Assembly (NCBI GenBank): GCA_038087875.1
Contig: JAXLNO010001219.1
Coordinates: forward strand, 62,001 to 103,901
Direction: 5' to 3'
Source of the DNA: Malacoraja senta
Lineage: Eukaryota
Length of the DNA stretch: 41,901 nucleotides
Below are positions 1 through 12,600 of this stretch, piece by piece (positions within the stretch are counted from its first letter, which is position 1; every line of letters begins with the position of its first letter). The translations under genes were made by a program, and so were the position numbers. A model generated the notes under the pieces. The model was not told the origin of the DNA. It saw nothing but the letters and a program-made list of their open reading frames with translations, and ran no database searches.

Positions 1-321
1 GCACCGCCTGGGATTGTTGAAAGGCAGCTCCTGCAACACTGCCGCGCTCCCTCAGTACCGCACTGCGATCCCAGCCCAGTTTCTGTTCAGGGATCTGGAG
101 TAGGAAGTGAACCCTAATTGTACTGACCCGGCGACAGAACACTGACACAACAGGTACAATAACAGCACTGGCTGCACTTCAGACCGGAGACATTGGCCGT
201 GAAGCAATATGACACATCGTGGAACGATTTAAGTTTTCTTTCATGTAATCTTCAAAATGTATCTATTTCCATTAAACAGTTCATTTGCTCTCCATCTGAA
301 AGTTTCTCCCCTCCATTTCAG

Positions 322-636
322 CTGCAGTGTGGGGAGAGACGTATGTAAGAGGAGTTGTGGCAAGAGCGATCACAATCGATTGCCACTATGCAGCAGAGTA
401 CCGCTCACACACAAAATACTGGTGCCGTGTGCAGAGTCGCCAATGTACGGATGTGGTGGACACAAATGGGCAACACGGACGGAGTGGAAGAATGTCAATC
501 ACCGATAACCCGGCACGAGGAATATTTACTTTGACTGTGGAGGATCTTCACTCTGGAGATACAGGATGGTACAGGTGTGGAATTACTACATCTAACGGCC
601 GTCCAATGTTAAACGTAGAACTCCAAGTATCTGACG
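322..636 (+). CDS. Gene A Ig V-type exon (V1)
   Basis: Acceptor tttcag|CT, donor G|gtacgt, 315 nt, phase 1-1. Motifs IDCHY..KYWC-x6-C..GRMSITD..DTGWYRC are typical of CD300/pIgR/TREM V domains. Confidence 0.93.
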
Positions 637-3600
637 GTACGTTTCGCAGCGATTGACTTGTCGTCTCCACTGAAGTGCCTGATCAATGTTTTCTCCGGGA
701 AGGGTCAGGGCAGCACCGATATCCCGAGGCTCGGCAGCAGTGCAGAGACCTGTGGGGAGCGGGCGGGGGTCGGGAAACCGCACTCATTTTGCTCTCACCC
801 TGTGCGGGGTCTGCCCCATTGAGCGGCCACCCACTTAGAAACATAGAAACATAGAAAATAGGTGCAGGAGGAGGCCATTCGGCCCTTCGAGCCAGCACCG
901 CCATTCATTGCCATCATGGCTGATCGTCCCCAATCAATAACCTATGCCTGCCTTCTCCCCATATCCCTTGATTACACTACACCCTGGAGCTCTATCTGAC
1001 TCTCTCTTAAATCCATCCAGTGATTTGGCCTCCACTGTCCTCTGTGGTAGTGAATGCCACAAATTCACAACTCTCTGGGTGAAAACGTTTTTTCTCACCT
1101 CTGCCTTAAATGGCCTCCCCTTTATTCTAAGACTGTGGCCCCTGGTTCTGGACTCGCCCAACATTGGGAACACTTTTCCTGCATCTAGCTTGTCTAGTTC
1201 TTTTATAATTGTATGTCTTTCTATAAGATCCCCTCTCATCCTTCTAAACTCCAGTGAATACAAGCCTAGTCTTTTCAATCTCTCCTCATAAGACAGACCC
1301 GCCATCCCAGGGATCAATCTCGTGAACCTATGCTGCACTGCCTCAATCACAAGGATGTCCTTCCACAATTAGGAGACCAAAACTGTACGCAATACTCCAG
1401 ATGTGGTCTTTCCAGAGCCCTATACAACTGCAGAAGAACCTCTCTACTATATTGAAATCCTCTTGTTATGAAGGCCAAAATTCCATTAGCTTTCTTCACT
1501 GCCTGCTGTACCTGCAAGCCAACTTTCAGTGACCAGTGCACAAGGAAACCCAGGTCTCGCTGCGCCACCCCCTTACCTAACCTAACCCCGTTGTGATAAT
1601 AATCTGCCGCCTTGTTTTTGCCACCAAAGTGGATAACCTCACATTTATCTATATTATACTTCCACGCATCTGCCCACTCACTCAACCTGTCCTGGTCACC
1701 CTGCAACCTCCTAACATCCTCTTCACAGTTCACACTGCCATCCAGCTTTGTGTCATCCGCAAACTTGCTAGTGTTGCTCCTAATTCCCTCTTCCAAATCA
1801 TTAATATATATGGTAAACAGTTGCGGCCCCAACACCGAGCCTTGCGGCACTCCACTCGCCACTGCCTGCCATTCTGAAAAGGACCCGTTCACTCCTACTC
1901 TTTACTTCCTGTCTGCCAACCAATTTTCTATCCACGTCAACACCCTACTCCCAATACCAATCGCTCTAATTTAAGTCACCAGTCTCTCGGGCGGGTCCTT
2001 ATCAAAGGCTTTCTGAAAGTCTAGATATACTATATCCACTGGCACAACTTCATCCATTTTACTTGTCACATCTTCAAAAAATCCAGAAGATTAGTCAAGC
2101 ATGATTTTCATAAATCCATGCTGACTTGGACTAATCCTTTTACTGTTATCGAAATGCCCCATTATTACCTCTTTAATAATTGACACCAGCATCTTTCCCA
2201 CCACCAAAGTCAGGCTCACTGGTCTATAATTCCCCGTTTTTTCTATCGCTCCTTTTTTGAAAAGTGGAATTTAACTTCTCATTCACTTCACTTTTCACTT
2301 AAAGTGGAATGCTCAGCACATTTCCCTTCCTCTGAACTGTATGAAATGTCACCCTGTCAGAAGTTTGCATTTCGACTCAAACTAATAATCCGACAGATCA
2401 GTGAGAAACAAGTGTTGCTCGCGGTCTGAATACGCCGAGAGTTTAAAAAAACAGTCCCCAGAGCTCAATAGACTGCGATCAGTCCTCCCGTGGTAGGCCA
2501 TCCCGCTTCCCGCCCCCACCTCAGGGATCAGTCATTCCCTCCCAAACCCCGCGCTCTCTCTCTCTCCCTCTGCCCCATCAATGCGCCCCCATCTCCAGCA
2601 GCCAACGTCCACCCACCGCCCGGCAGTCAGCCAATCTCTCCACCCGGACATTTCTCCGGTGTTAAGCAGAATAAACTCATCTTTCACCCCATCAGCCGTC
2701 GCACACAACACATAATCCTCCAACATTTTCGCCACCTCCAACGGGATCCCACTACTAGACACATCTTTCCATCTCCACCGCTTTCTGCTTTCCGAAGAGA
2801 CCGTTCCTTCCGTAACTCCCTGGTCAACGTCCATCCCCCCCCCCAAAAAAAAACCCCATCCTCTCCCCAAGTACCTTCCCCGACAACTGCAGGAGATAGA
2901 TCACCTGTCTCGATACCTCCTTCCTCTACTCCGTCCAAGGTCTCCAACAATCTTTGCGGGTGAGGATTGACTAGCATCTCCTCGAAGCTCACCTACTACA
3001 TCCGCTGTTCCAGGTGTGAACTACTGTATATCGGCGAGACCAAGCGCAGACTCGTCGATCGTTTCGCTGATTAACTCCGCTCAGTCTGCTTCGGCCGACT
3101 TACAACCCATCGGTTTGAATATTGACTTCTCTAACTTCAAGGAACCCTTGCTTTACTCCTGTCCCCATCCCGCCACCATCCTAGCTCTCCAGTTAGTTGC
3201 ACAGTCAAACTGATTTTATTTTACTTATTGTATGCCTCGTTGTCACCTTCCCTTCAGCTCACAATGATCCATTGTCCATTTTCTTTTCACCTTTGATCAC
3301 TTGTTTTCACACCTTACCTTTCCATTTATCTTCTGTCTCCCTGTCCCATGATTCTCAGGCTGAAGATGGGTCTCGACACGAAACGTCACCCATTCCTTCT
3401 TTCGAGAGATGCTGCCTGCTCCGTTGCGTTACTCCAAAATTTTGTGTCTATCTTAAAGGGATCGTAAATTCGTTTTCCACAGCAGAGATGGTTAAGTGTG
3501 TGTAGACATGTAATGGGGGAAATGGAACTCGGTGCATTGTGGTGCTGGATCTGAAATCACACTTGAATATCTACACAATGTTCGTAGTTTAACCACTGTT

Positions 3601-6600
3601 GACACATGGTCGAATTGCATCCTGGTGATAAATGAAAGGCTTAAAATAGCGAATGAATTTGAAGCAGATACTGCAAGACACCTGGACCGAAGGTTCCAAC
3701 GTCATCAGTAAGTTAATTCTACACTTTTAAAATGTGTTTACCAAGGAGGTGGAAGTCAGGATTGTGGACTCGTTGTGTCAGTTCAAACATTCCCTACATT
3801 TGTCCGGCTCAACTCTGTCGCAAACCCAACAATTCCCCGGTGTCTGAGACTGAACCACTGTCCTCGCTCTATCCACCCACCCCAACTCTTTCTCCATCAT
3901 CTCTCCAATCCGCGGCCCAGTCGTGCTGAATTGTCCAGGGCGAGCCGGGGTCATCGGGAATAAAACCTGTCCCAGATGAGCAGCGGGACATTGGGCTCAC
4001 AATTCAGTTTAGTTTATTGTCACGAGTACCGAGGTACAGTGAATCTGGCGGTGTGTGTTTTCACGCTAGTAGCGCTCTCCAGCAAGGGACCCGCTTTATT
4101 TTAACCGGTCCGTACTCTGTCCTCAGTCAGGGCGTTGTAAAGACAGTGGCTGCGGTGAATTTCTAAACACGGGTCCGGCCCAGTGTCGGTTGAGAGATGA
4201 ATGCTGGCAGCGCCGACACTGAAATAGCAAAGTGGGGTATTTCTGTGGGTTGAGAGGCCGGGCACCGCCTGGGATTGTTGAAAGGCAGCTCCTGCAACAC
4301 TGCCGCGCTCCCTCAGTACCGCACTGCGATCCCAGCCCAGTTTCTGCGCAGGGATCTGGAGTGGGAAGTGAACCCTAATGGTACTGACCCGGGGACAGAA
4401 CACTGACACAACTGGTACAATAACAGCACTGCCTGCACTTCAGACCGGAGACATTGGCCGTGAAGCAAAATGACACATCATGGAACGATTATGTTTTTCA
4501 TGTAATCTTCAAAATGTATATATTTCCATTAAACAGTTCATTTGCTCTCCATCTGAAAGTTTTTCCCCTCCCTTTCAGCTGCAGTGTGGGGAGAGAGGAA
4601 TTTAACAGGAGTTGTGGGAAGAGCCATCACAATCGATTGTCACTATGCAGCAGAGTTCCGCTCACAGGCTAAATACTGGTGCCGTGGGCAGAGTCGCCAA
4701 TGTACAGATATGGTGGAAACAAATGGGCAACACGGACGGAGTGGAAGAGTGTCAATCACCGATATACCGGCACTAAGAATATTTACTATGACTGTGGAAG
4801 ATCTTCACTCTGGAGATACAGGATGGTACAGCTGTGGAATCACAGCACCTGCCGACCATTCAATGTTTAACGTATATCTCCAAGTATCTGACGGTACGTT
4901 TCGCAGCGATTGACTTAATGTCTCCACTGAAAAGCCTGATCCATGTTTTCTCCGGGAAGGGTCAGGGCAGCACCGATATCTCGAGGCTCCGCAGCAGTGC
5001 AGAGGCCTGCGGGGAGCGGGCGAGGGTCGGGAAACCCCACTCATGTTTGCTCTCACCCAGTGCGGGCTCTGTCCCATTGAGCGGCCACCCACTTCAAGAC
5101 ACTCAACACATTACCCTGCCTCTGAATTGTATGAAATATCACCCTGTCAGAGGTTTGCATTCCGACAAACTAATAACCCGACAGATCAGTGAGAAACAAG
5201 TGTTGCTCGCCGTCTGAATACCCGGAGAATCATAAACAGGGAATCAGTCCCCAGAGCTCCACAGACTGCGTTCAGTCCCCAGGTACCTTCCCCTACAACT
5301 GCAGGAGATGCAACACCAGTCACTATATATCCCCCCCTTTACTCCATCCATGGGCCTCAACAGTCTTTTCGGGTGAGGCAGACGTTCACTTGCATCTCCT
5401 CTAACCTCATCTACTCTATCCGCTGTTCCAGGTGTGAACAAGCGGATATAGTAGATGGGAGACCAAGCGCAGACTCGGCGATCGTTTCGCTGAACAACTC
5501 CGCTCAGTCTGCCTCGGCCTACGCTACATCCCGATTGCTAAACACTTTTATTCCCCCTCCCATTCCCAAACTGAACTTTCCGTCCTGGACCTCCTCCAGT
5601 GTCAGAGTGAGGCCAAAGGCAAATTGGAAAATCAGCGCCTCATATTTCGCTTGGGCAGCTTACAACCCAGCGGTTTGAATATTGACATCTCTAACTTCAA
5701 GTAACCCTTGCTTTACTCCTTTCCATCCCGCCCCCATCCGAAACCTCCAATTAGATTCACCTGATAATATTTTACTGATTGTATGCCTCGTTGTCACCTT
5801 CCCTTCAGCTGACAATGATTCATTCTACATTTCCCTTTAACATTGTCACCTTTGATCACTTGTTTTAACATCTTACCCTTCCATTTCTCTTCTGTCACCC
5901 AGAACATGACTGTCAGGCTGGAGAAGGGTCTCGATCCGAAACTTCACCCACTCCTTCTCTCGAGAGATGCTGCCTGCTCCGCTGAGTTCCCCCAGTATTT
6001 TGTGTCTCTCTTAAAGCGATCGTAATTAGTTTTCGCGATTAAATTACAAGGCATTGAATTGTGTTTTTGGCACGCTGGTCTTCATCAGTGAGAACATTCA
6101 GAATATAATTTGAGATAATATGCTTCAGACGTGCAGATGTTCAGTCCACACTTTGGGAATTGTGTTCAGCTTCAGTCACTCAGCTCCAAGAAAAGTTGAG
6201 ATGGACAGCGTGCAGAAAGGTTTAAGGGCGACGTTGCCTGGACAGGATGGGATTGACGCAGGGAGCGATTGGACAAACTCAGACTTCATTCCTTAGTGTG
6301 GAAATGATTGAGAGAGGAACTTATAGAAATGTATCAATCACGAGAAGCATGTTCATTTTCCCACGATGTGTGGAATCAAAAAGTGGAGGACAGAGGTAAT
6401 GGGAACTATTTAAAGAGGTGGAATAGTAAGGTGCAATTGACCATAATGTCATGTTTTGTACAGATGAGTGGCCGAAGCTGAACACAATTCGCACAAGTTC
6501 GACCTCAACAATATATGTACAACTGAAACATAACATCCCAACATATGTTCTGAGGAACAACATTTTCCACACATTGGGTAATATGTACATGGAACCTGCT

Positions 6601-9600
6601 GCCAGGGGAAGTTGTTGAGGCAGTTAGAATAGCAGCATTTAAAATAAATTTTGGATATTTGCGTAGATTGGGATCATTGCGAGTGATAAATGAGAAACGC
6701 GGACATATGGAAATGTCATAGAAAGACATGTTGGTCGGCATTAATGAGCTGTTGTGATGGGCATCTTTCGGTTCTCTATAACTCTAACCTTCTTCGGTTT
6801 CTGCGCTTCGCACACTCCCAGAGATGTAGATGAGCCGGTGAGGTATCAACCGGACGGTTCGGGCTGAGATAAAGTGCTGCTGAGATTTAGCAAGTGTTTG
6901 GTTTTTAACAATTCATACAGGTGACTGAATATTTGCTCCATTCCCACAGAACCCATTTCTGCTCCTGTGCTCAGTTATCTGTCAGCAGCAAATGCCTCAC
7001 GTCTTGGAGGCTCAGTGTCAGTGTCCTGTGAGTCTCTCCGTGGATCCCTTCCCATCCATTACACGTGGTTTGAGAAGAAGGAGCATCGGGTGTCAACGAT
7101 CTTGAAAGGCAATCAACTGGATCTGAGTTGTGACATCCTCAGAGGTGAACACCTTCGATATTACTGCACAGCCGCAAATAATCGTGGGACAAAACCCAGT
7201 GAAATAGTCAAGGTGAAAGTCTTCAAAGGAGCAGGAACGTGCAGTTATGTGACAGAAATGAACAATGCAGGTGAGTGTTCCTCTCGTGTCCCTGAACCTG
7301 CTGCTATTCACCTTGTGGTGATGTTCATGGATTTCTTGTTATTTGCAGACGGCATCATTGCAGCCACCGTGAGCTCATGCTGTAAAATGCGAGAGTTTGT
7401 TTGGGGGACTGGCAAATAATTGCCCGTAGCTTCCACCATGGAGGTGTTGCGCAATTTCAGCAAAGGAGAGAAAGACATGCACTTGTCACAAAGGGTTGAG
7501 TGCACTCCATCAAATTTCTGCCTTCTGCCTTAAAAAATGCCGCTTGGCTGCCGCTTAAGGTCTCACAGTCACTTTGAGACATTGAAAGCAACCAAATGCA
7601 TCCTGTTTGGATCCGCCATCATTTACAATCAAGGATGTGAGACCAAGCGGAGGCTTGGCGATCGTTTCGCCGAACACCTCCGGTCGGTCCGCAATAACCA
7701 ACCTGAACTCCCGGTGGCTCAGCACTTCAACTCCCCCTCCCATTCCGTATCTGACCTCTCTGCCCTGGGTCTCCTCCATGGCCACAGCGAGCAACGCCGT
7801 AAATTGGAGGAAATGCACCTCATATTCCGCTTGGGCAGTCTACATCCTGGTGGCCTGAACGTTGAATTCTCCCAATTCTGCTAGCCCTGGCTGTCCCCTC
7901 CCCTTCATCAGCCATCTGGTTGTCTCCTCCCCTCCCCCAGCCCTCGGGCTCCTCCTCCGCCTTTTCCTTTTTTCCTTTCTTCTCCCCACCCCCTATCAGT
8001 CTGAAGAAGGGTTTCGGCCCGAAACGTTACCTATTTCCTTCGCTCCATAGATGCTGCTGCACCCGCTGAGTTTCTCCAGCATTTTTGTGTACCTATGTAC
8101 AATTTCATGATCATGTTCATGATTTTAACTGTTAATTTGTGTTAAACTCCAGTAATATCACTAAATTAAATTGTAATCTACTTGGCCGTCACTCCATCAA
8201 GTATAACCCTTACTTTTGTCAAAGAGAATTTTGAAATGAACTCCCAGTAGTCGTGGAGACGTTCAGATTGGAAGTCCAGAATAGAGTGTGAATGGTTTAC
8301 ATCAGAGAGACCAAGCTTATACAATGCCAGCGTTTCTTAAACTATTTCAGTGCCATTCACCCTTGAGTCTTTATTACAAGATTTAATTCACCCTCCACTA
8401 AATATTCTTATGTTTTTGGGTTATTATCATCTTATTTTCACGTGTGCATAATTTTATATATAATTTATTTTGTCACATGAGCAAAAAACATGAATTAACT
8501 CATTCACCCCAAAATAATTTCATTCGCCCTTGGGTAAACCATTCATCAGTTTAAGAAGCACTGGCCGAGGCTACAATTTCGCCGAACACTTGTGTTTGGT
8601 CTGTCATGACCCAGAGTCGTACTTGATAGACACCCCGTTGATGCAGAGCAGCAGCAGTTTGCACCATCTGCACGATGCACTGCAGCAACTCACCAAGACT
8701 CCCAAGACATTACCTTCCAATTGCAACAGGCTCCGTGTTCAATGCATCATTAGTCACCATTCACACCCACATTGGCTGGGAAGCGCTTTGGAACGATGTG
8801 CAGATGGTGAGGGACGGTGTACAGTATCTGTCTCTCATCGCAATCTAGGTGGAATTCAACAGAGTTAAGAAAATCATTGGGCGGACTCCCCTGTATATAT
8901 TGATGTATACTATAATGTATATGTTTGTGAAAGACTAATTTTGCTCTTCAATCTATGAAAGAATTTCCTTCAGTTTCAGGTGCACTGTGGGCAGAGAGCG
9001 AAGTACGAGGGGTTGTGGGAAGAGCGATCTCAATCGATTGTCACTATGCAGCAGTGTACCGCTCACACACAAAATGCTGGTGCCCTGGGACAAGTCGCCA
9101 ATGTACACATATAGTGGAAACAAATGGGAAACATGGACAGAGCGGAAGAGTGTCAATCACAGATAACCCGGCACGAGGAATATTTACTGTGACTGTGGAG
9201 GATCTTCACTCTGGAGTTACAGGATGGTACAGATGTGGAATTATTACACCTGGCGAACCAACATTTAAAGTACATCTCCAAGTATCTGAAGGTAGGTTTC
9301 TCAGTGAGTGACTTCATGTCTCGACTTTGGCATCTGCATAAAACATTTGTTGGGTCACATATGGGAGCCTGGTGCACAGTTCTGGTCGCCGCTTTATAAA
9401 ACAAAAGATGTGAAAGGTTTGGAGAGGTTACAGAAAAATGTCACCGGGATATTTAGTTGTAGTTTACAAATGCAACATGGAAACGGATCCTTCGGCCCAC
9501 CGAGTCCACACCGACTAGCGATCACCGGTCACACTAGTTCTATGTTATTCCACTTTCCCATTCGCTCCCTACACACAATTCTACAATACCGCCATTCACA

Positions 9601-12600
9601 CACCTCATTAGTGCAACATTATCACTATCAACAATTGTATACAAGGAAATTTAAAAGTTGTTGATAATGATACTGTTGCACTAATGAAGTGTTTGAATGT
9701 TGGTATTGTAGAATTGTGGCAGAGTTTCAGATTAAAAGAAGATTAACTGCAGATGCTGGAAATATAAAACAAAGACAGATGGTGCTGCTGTGTATTGGTG
9801 CAGTGGCAGACATGGTAGTTCTGCCAGCTGGGTGGATGGAGAGACACAGAGATGTTCAAATCTGTTAAATTGTGAGGAGAAGGTACAGGGAAGACTTACA
9901 AGGATGTTGCGAGGGATTGAGCAGATTAGGACTTTATTTCTTGGAGCACAAGAGGATGAGGGATGATCTTATGGCAGGTAAAAAATAATGCGAGGAATAG
10001 ATCGAGTTAATACACAGCCTTTTGCTCAGAGTAGGGGAATCGAGAACCGGAGGACATGGTTTTAATATGAGGGGGGAATGATTTAACAGGAACCTGGGGA
10101 GTAACGTTTTTACACAATGGTTGGTAGGCACATGAAACGAACTGCCGACAGAAGTAGTTATGGCAGGTACTATCGTAACATTTAATAAAATATTGGACAT
10201 GTACATGAATATGATATGTTTAGTGGGTTAAGGGCCAAGAAAGGGCAGGTGGAACTAGTGTAGATTGGGCGTGTTGGTCAGCGAGGGCAAGTTAGACCGA
10301 AGGGCCGGTTTCTATGCTGTATGACTCTATGATTCTATGTAGATGGATGGGTCAGATTCCAAAATGGCGGCTCTGGCTAAGATACATGGTGGATATTGGC
10401 GAGTGTTTGATTTTCAGATGTTCACTCAGTTGTCTGACTGTTTGCTCCTTTCCCACAGACCCCGTGTCTGTTCCTGTGCTTGGCTTTCTGTCACCAGCCA
10501 ATGTCTCCTGTCTCGGGGGCTCAGTGACAGTGTCCTGTGAGTCGGTCAGTGGATCCCTTCCCATTAGCTACACATGGTATGAAAAGACCCCATCTGTGGA
10601 TTCAAAGATCTCAGACCAAAATGCCCTGGATCTGCATTGTCAATCATTCAAACACCAGCACCATCAATATTATTGCACAGCCTCCAATAATAATGGAACA
10701 AAATCCAGTGAAATGGTCAATGTGTCCATCTCCAGCAGTGACGTGCCCTGCAGTTTTCTAGTGAAAATCAACGGCACTGGTAAGTAGTGGGGGGAATGAG
10801 GAGAAGAAGGGGAAGTGCGGGTGGGGGTTTCATCAGATTACAAGTGATAGAAGCAGAAATAGACCATTCAATCATGGCTGATCTATCTTCCCCATTCTCC
10901 TGCTTTCTCCTCATAACGTCCGTCACCCTGAAATCCCTGCACGTTATTTAATTAATTTATCAAGATTAATATATGGAATTATGGCTCATTTGTCAGTACT
11001 TGGTTGTTGGGCTCCAGAAATAGAATTCCTAGTGCTGGTGTAGGCTAACATCCTGTATAGAATTGTCTCTTCCATTTACACAGCTTTAAACTAGGTTTGC
11101 AGTGACATCAGTCCATGCACATTCACTTTCCCACCACATGATCCACACACAGATATGGTAAGGGATCAGACATTATCAGTAAATGTGGCCACAGTTAAAT
11201 CCTTGACGACGGTATCCCATTTACCAGCACCTCGTCCATTGCAGCAATTCAGGTACCTCCACCTTCTGGGTTTAAAAATATGTCTTGATACCCTTGAAAC
11301 ATCCTGCTCCTTAACTTAACCATGTGTTCTCCACATTTACACATATCTGTCGTGCAACATTTCCCAAAAATCCACTGTCTATGCAGCTCAGAGTTTTTGC
11401 ACACCTGTAATTGGTTTCCCCTTCCTCACCTGGGGGAGGCGGACAGGAGCACTTGGAGAAAACCCACACGGTCACAGGGAGGTGGTAAAAATTCCGTACA
11501 TCCGTAGTCAGGATCGAACCCGGGTCTCTGGCGTTGTAAGGCAGCAACTCTACCGCTGCGCTACTGTGCCGTCGACACCTGGCGCCAGAGTTGTTACCAG
11601 CCCGCCTGCTTGTCGTAACATCTCCCATTTACTCAACTCACACTGAAGAAACATTATCCTGTCTGTTAAGCCTATCAACTACTTACATCGGAAAACCATA
11701 CTCCTTTGTTCAACTGCAAGTGAAAAGCAGTGAAACTGACTTTTATTTCCTTGTTCCAACAGGTCATGAATATTCTTGTGAAAATTCGATAACATCCAAT
11801 TACTCTGCAAGGTAAACCACTTTATTTCCAATGGAAGTTACAATATAGTAATTGCTGGTGTTTTGGTTGGGAATGCTTTATTTGGGAGAAATTTGTGCCT
11901 GCCTTTCACTGGCATTAAATGCCCTGAGAGTATTGATCTGAATGCACAGTGGCACAGCCGATAGAATCACAGCCTCACAACACCACGACCCTGGTTCATT
12001 AGGTGCTGTCTGTGCGTGGTCTGCATGTTTTGCCTTTTATTGTGTTGGTTTCATTTAAGTGCTCCAGTTTCCTCCCAGCTCCCAAAGATGTGCCAGTTGT
12101 AAATTGCCCCGTGTGTACAGGACAGCGGTTGAATCTGTGGATAGGGGATGGGGCGGGGAGGGAGGGAGGGTGTTGGACGGTAGTGCTAGTTGATGAGGAA
12201 GTGGGGAAAATAAAAATGGGATTGACAGAGGATCCGTGTGAATGTAGTTGACTGTCGGCACAGACCAGAAGGGCCAAATGGCCTGTTTCAATACTGTGTT
12301 TCTCCATGGGTCTTTGATCCAATGAAACCAAATATCGAAGCATAATCAAATTTTGTACGTCCAGCCATGATCACATTGAATGGCGGTGCTGGCTCAAAGG
12401 GCCGAATGGCCTACCCCTGCACCTCTTGTCTATTGTCTATTGTCTATTGTTTCAAGCCTGACACCAAATATAAATGTATCTCTTAAATATTCGTTAATAA
12501 TATGTATATAACTTGCAAACCAATTATTAGTTAACTCTTCAGAAGGGGAATTACACTGGGTTTACATCTCATTGTGTTGTGTACATGCTTGGATGATAAG

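Noticed and set aside
637-656. Secreted isoforms by read-through to stops just after V-exon donors
   Set aside because: Early intronic stops are common and no nearby polyA signal supports them.
8285-8340. EYSC-equivalent micro-exon after C2a (ECEWFTSERP..)
   Set aside because: Poor pyrimidine tract and no good donor.
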